In this document: positions 62,853 to 64,000 of the stretch, in pieces
Layout of the letters: each line of letters begins with the position of its first letter
Numbering within the stretch: the stretch's first letter is position 1
Assembly: GCA_002633005.1 (NCBI GenBank)
Contig: NMRA01000110.1
Coordinates: forward strand, 754,079 to 818,078
Direction: 5' to 3'
Length of the DNA stretch: 64,000 bases
Origin: Phoronis australis
Lineage: Eukaryota > Animalia > Phoronida
Made by a program: the position numbers and the translations under genes
The notes under the pieces: generated by a model
Seen by the model: only the letters and a program-made list of their open reading frames with translations
Told to the model about the DNA's origin: nothing
Databases searched by the model: none

Positions 62853-64000
62853 TATTATCCCAAATCGACCTTCCCTGTTCAAAATATCAGAAAAGCTGTT
62901 TAAAAAATTAGCTATAGTTTGGGAAGTCATATCCTCATGACCTATGACCAGAAGACTACCAAAGCGAGACATTTTCGTATGATGGTAAAGTGTAAGTTTT
63001 CAAACGCGTCTCATGTGAAGGCCCCTATCTCATTAGGAGGGTTAAGGTTTAAGGTCAAAGTCACAGACTCCCCCAAATTTGTTTCACCGCTTTTATTTTA
63101 TAAGGGCTCGCCAGAAGTGGCAACTAACGTATTTGGAATGAGTACGTAAAGGGCTATCCAACAAAGAAGTTTTGAAATCGGGGTAAAAAAATTTTAGGTG
63201 CGAAGAGGTCTGAAAATGACGTTTATCAACTTTGATCTTGCCGCGTGACCTTATTAATAATCCGATTGAACTCAAACTTGGTGGGCTTTAGTTTCTCAGC
63301 ACTCTACGTCCATCTGAAAAAGAATTTTTGAAATTAGAGAGAATTTTTTTTGGCCTCTAAAAAACCACGGACCGTAGGCTTAGGGTTTATTCGATCGAAA
63401 AACTTTTTGTCTTTGGTTTTAAAGTTTCAGTTTTTATTTGAAAATCCAATCTTTTAAATGGCCAATACCCAAGTTTCAGCTTGATCGGCCAACTAATGAA
63501 GGCCACAGTGGCCCACTAAGTGACACACCGGTTAAATGGGCCAGATGCGTATTCTACCCGCAAACCAGCGAGTGTCGTCTCGTGCAGCTACTAACTAGCA
63601 TGGCGGAGCAAAGCATCAGTCGTCGAAGGTAATAACTAACAGGTGGCAATGAGGAACACCAAGAGGTGGGCAAAAATTCAGTTTCGATGAATTTTCAAAT
63701 CGTCCAGCAAGAACTTGATTCCGGCATTTTGGTACACAATTATCACTCAAGAAAGTGTTCACGGCAACGCTAGTATACTTTTTAAAAATTTGGTCGGAGT
63801 GTTGGTGAGGTTGCGCACAGCTAGACGAGTACTTTTGTCAATAGACGCACGGACACACGACACACCTACAACATCGCCTTCGACATAGCCACAGAATAAC
63901 AGTAGTTTTGACGCTCTCGAGAGCGAAGTTAAAATTACTTCTTTCAGTGTAAATTTTTAGTCCAACGAACATCAACATTTCATCGATACGGAGCCTTTGT

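Larger units (their letters stand above)
51930..64000. repeat. Segmental duplication of ~30720-39400, with extra sequence at ~53640-56335 and ~62139-62857
   Basis: Same order of decayed minus-strand LINE, spacer, plus-strand LINE and modular repeat. Homology runs to the window edge. Confidence 0.92.

Noticed and set aside
1-64000. Bacterial contamination or a prophage as the source of the NTase genes
   Set aside because: Very low coding density, splice signals, a TRIM gene and eukaryotic retroelements are interleaved with and co-duplicated alongside the genes. No operon structure, rRNA or tRNA was found.

Overview
AT-rich, repeat-dense eukaryotic DNA, most likely from an invertebrate animal (spliceosomal intron signals, TRIM-NHL gene, LINE, Penelope and MITE debris). 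The taxon cannot be fixed from the sequence. The dominant structure is a tandem array of four minus-strand paralogs (A ~121-1650 remnant, B ~7890-11523 frameshifted, C ~27098-29863 pseudogene, D ~45547-49436 intact) of a nearly intronless gene. Each encodes an N-terminal TPR-like helical segment, a pol-beta-superfamily nucleotidyltransferase of the GlnD/DUF294 type (FAVLGLGSLARGETTTYSDIEW), its helical partner domain, and a C-terminal TPR-like region. Copy D also ends in two hydrophobic helices. The enzyme core is almost identical between copies, while the C-terminal helical region diverges abruptly after a shared DPYT motif. A single-coding-exon RING/B-box/coiled-coil/NHL (TRIM-NHL) gene lies between B and C on the plus strand. 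The array was built by mosaic segmental duplications that also copied dead LINEs and MITEs. The best candidate for an undescribed system is this NTase-TPR array, possibly together with the TRIM gene, read as an innate-immune sensor-enzyme locus under birth-and-death evolution. That functional reading is inference only. Family assignments come from motif recognition by eye, with no database search.
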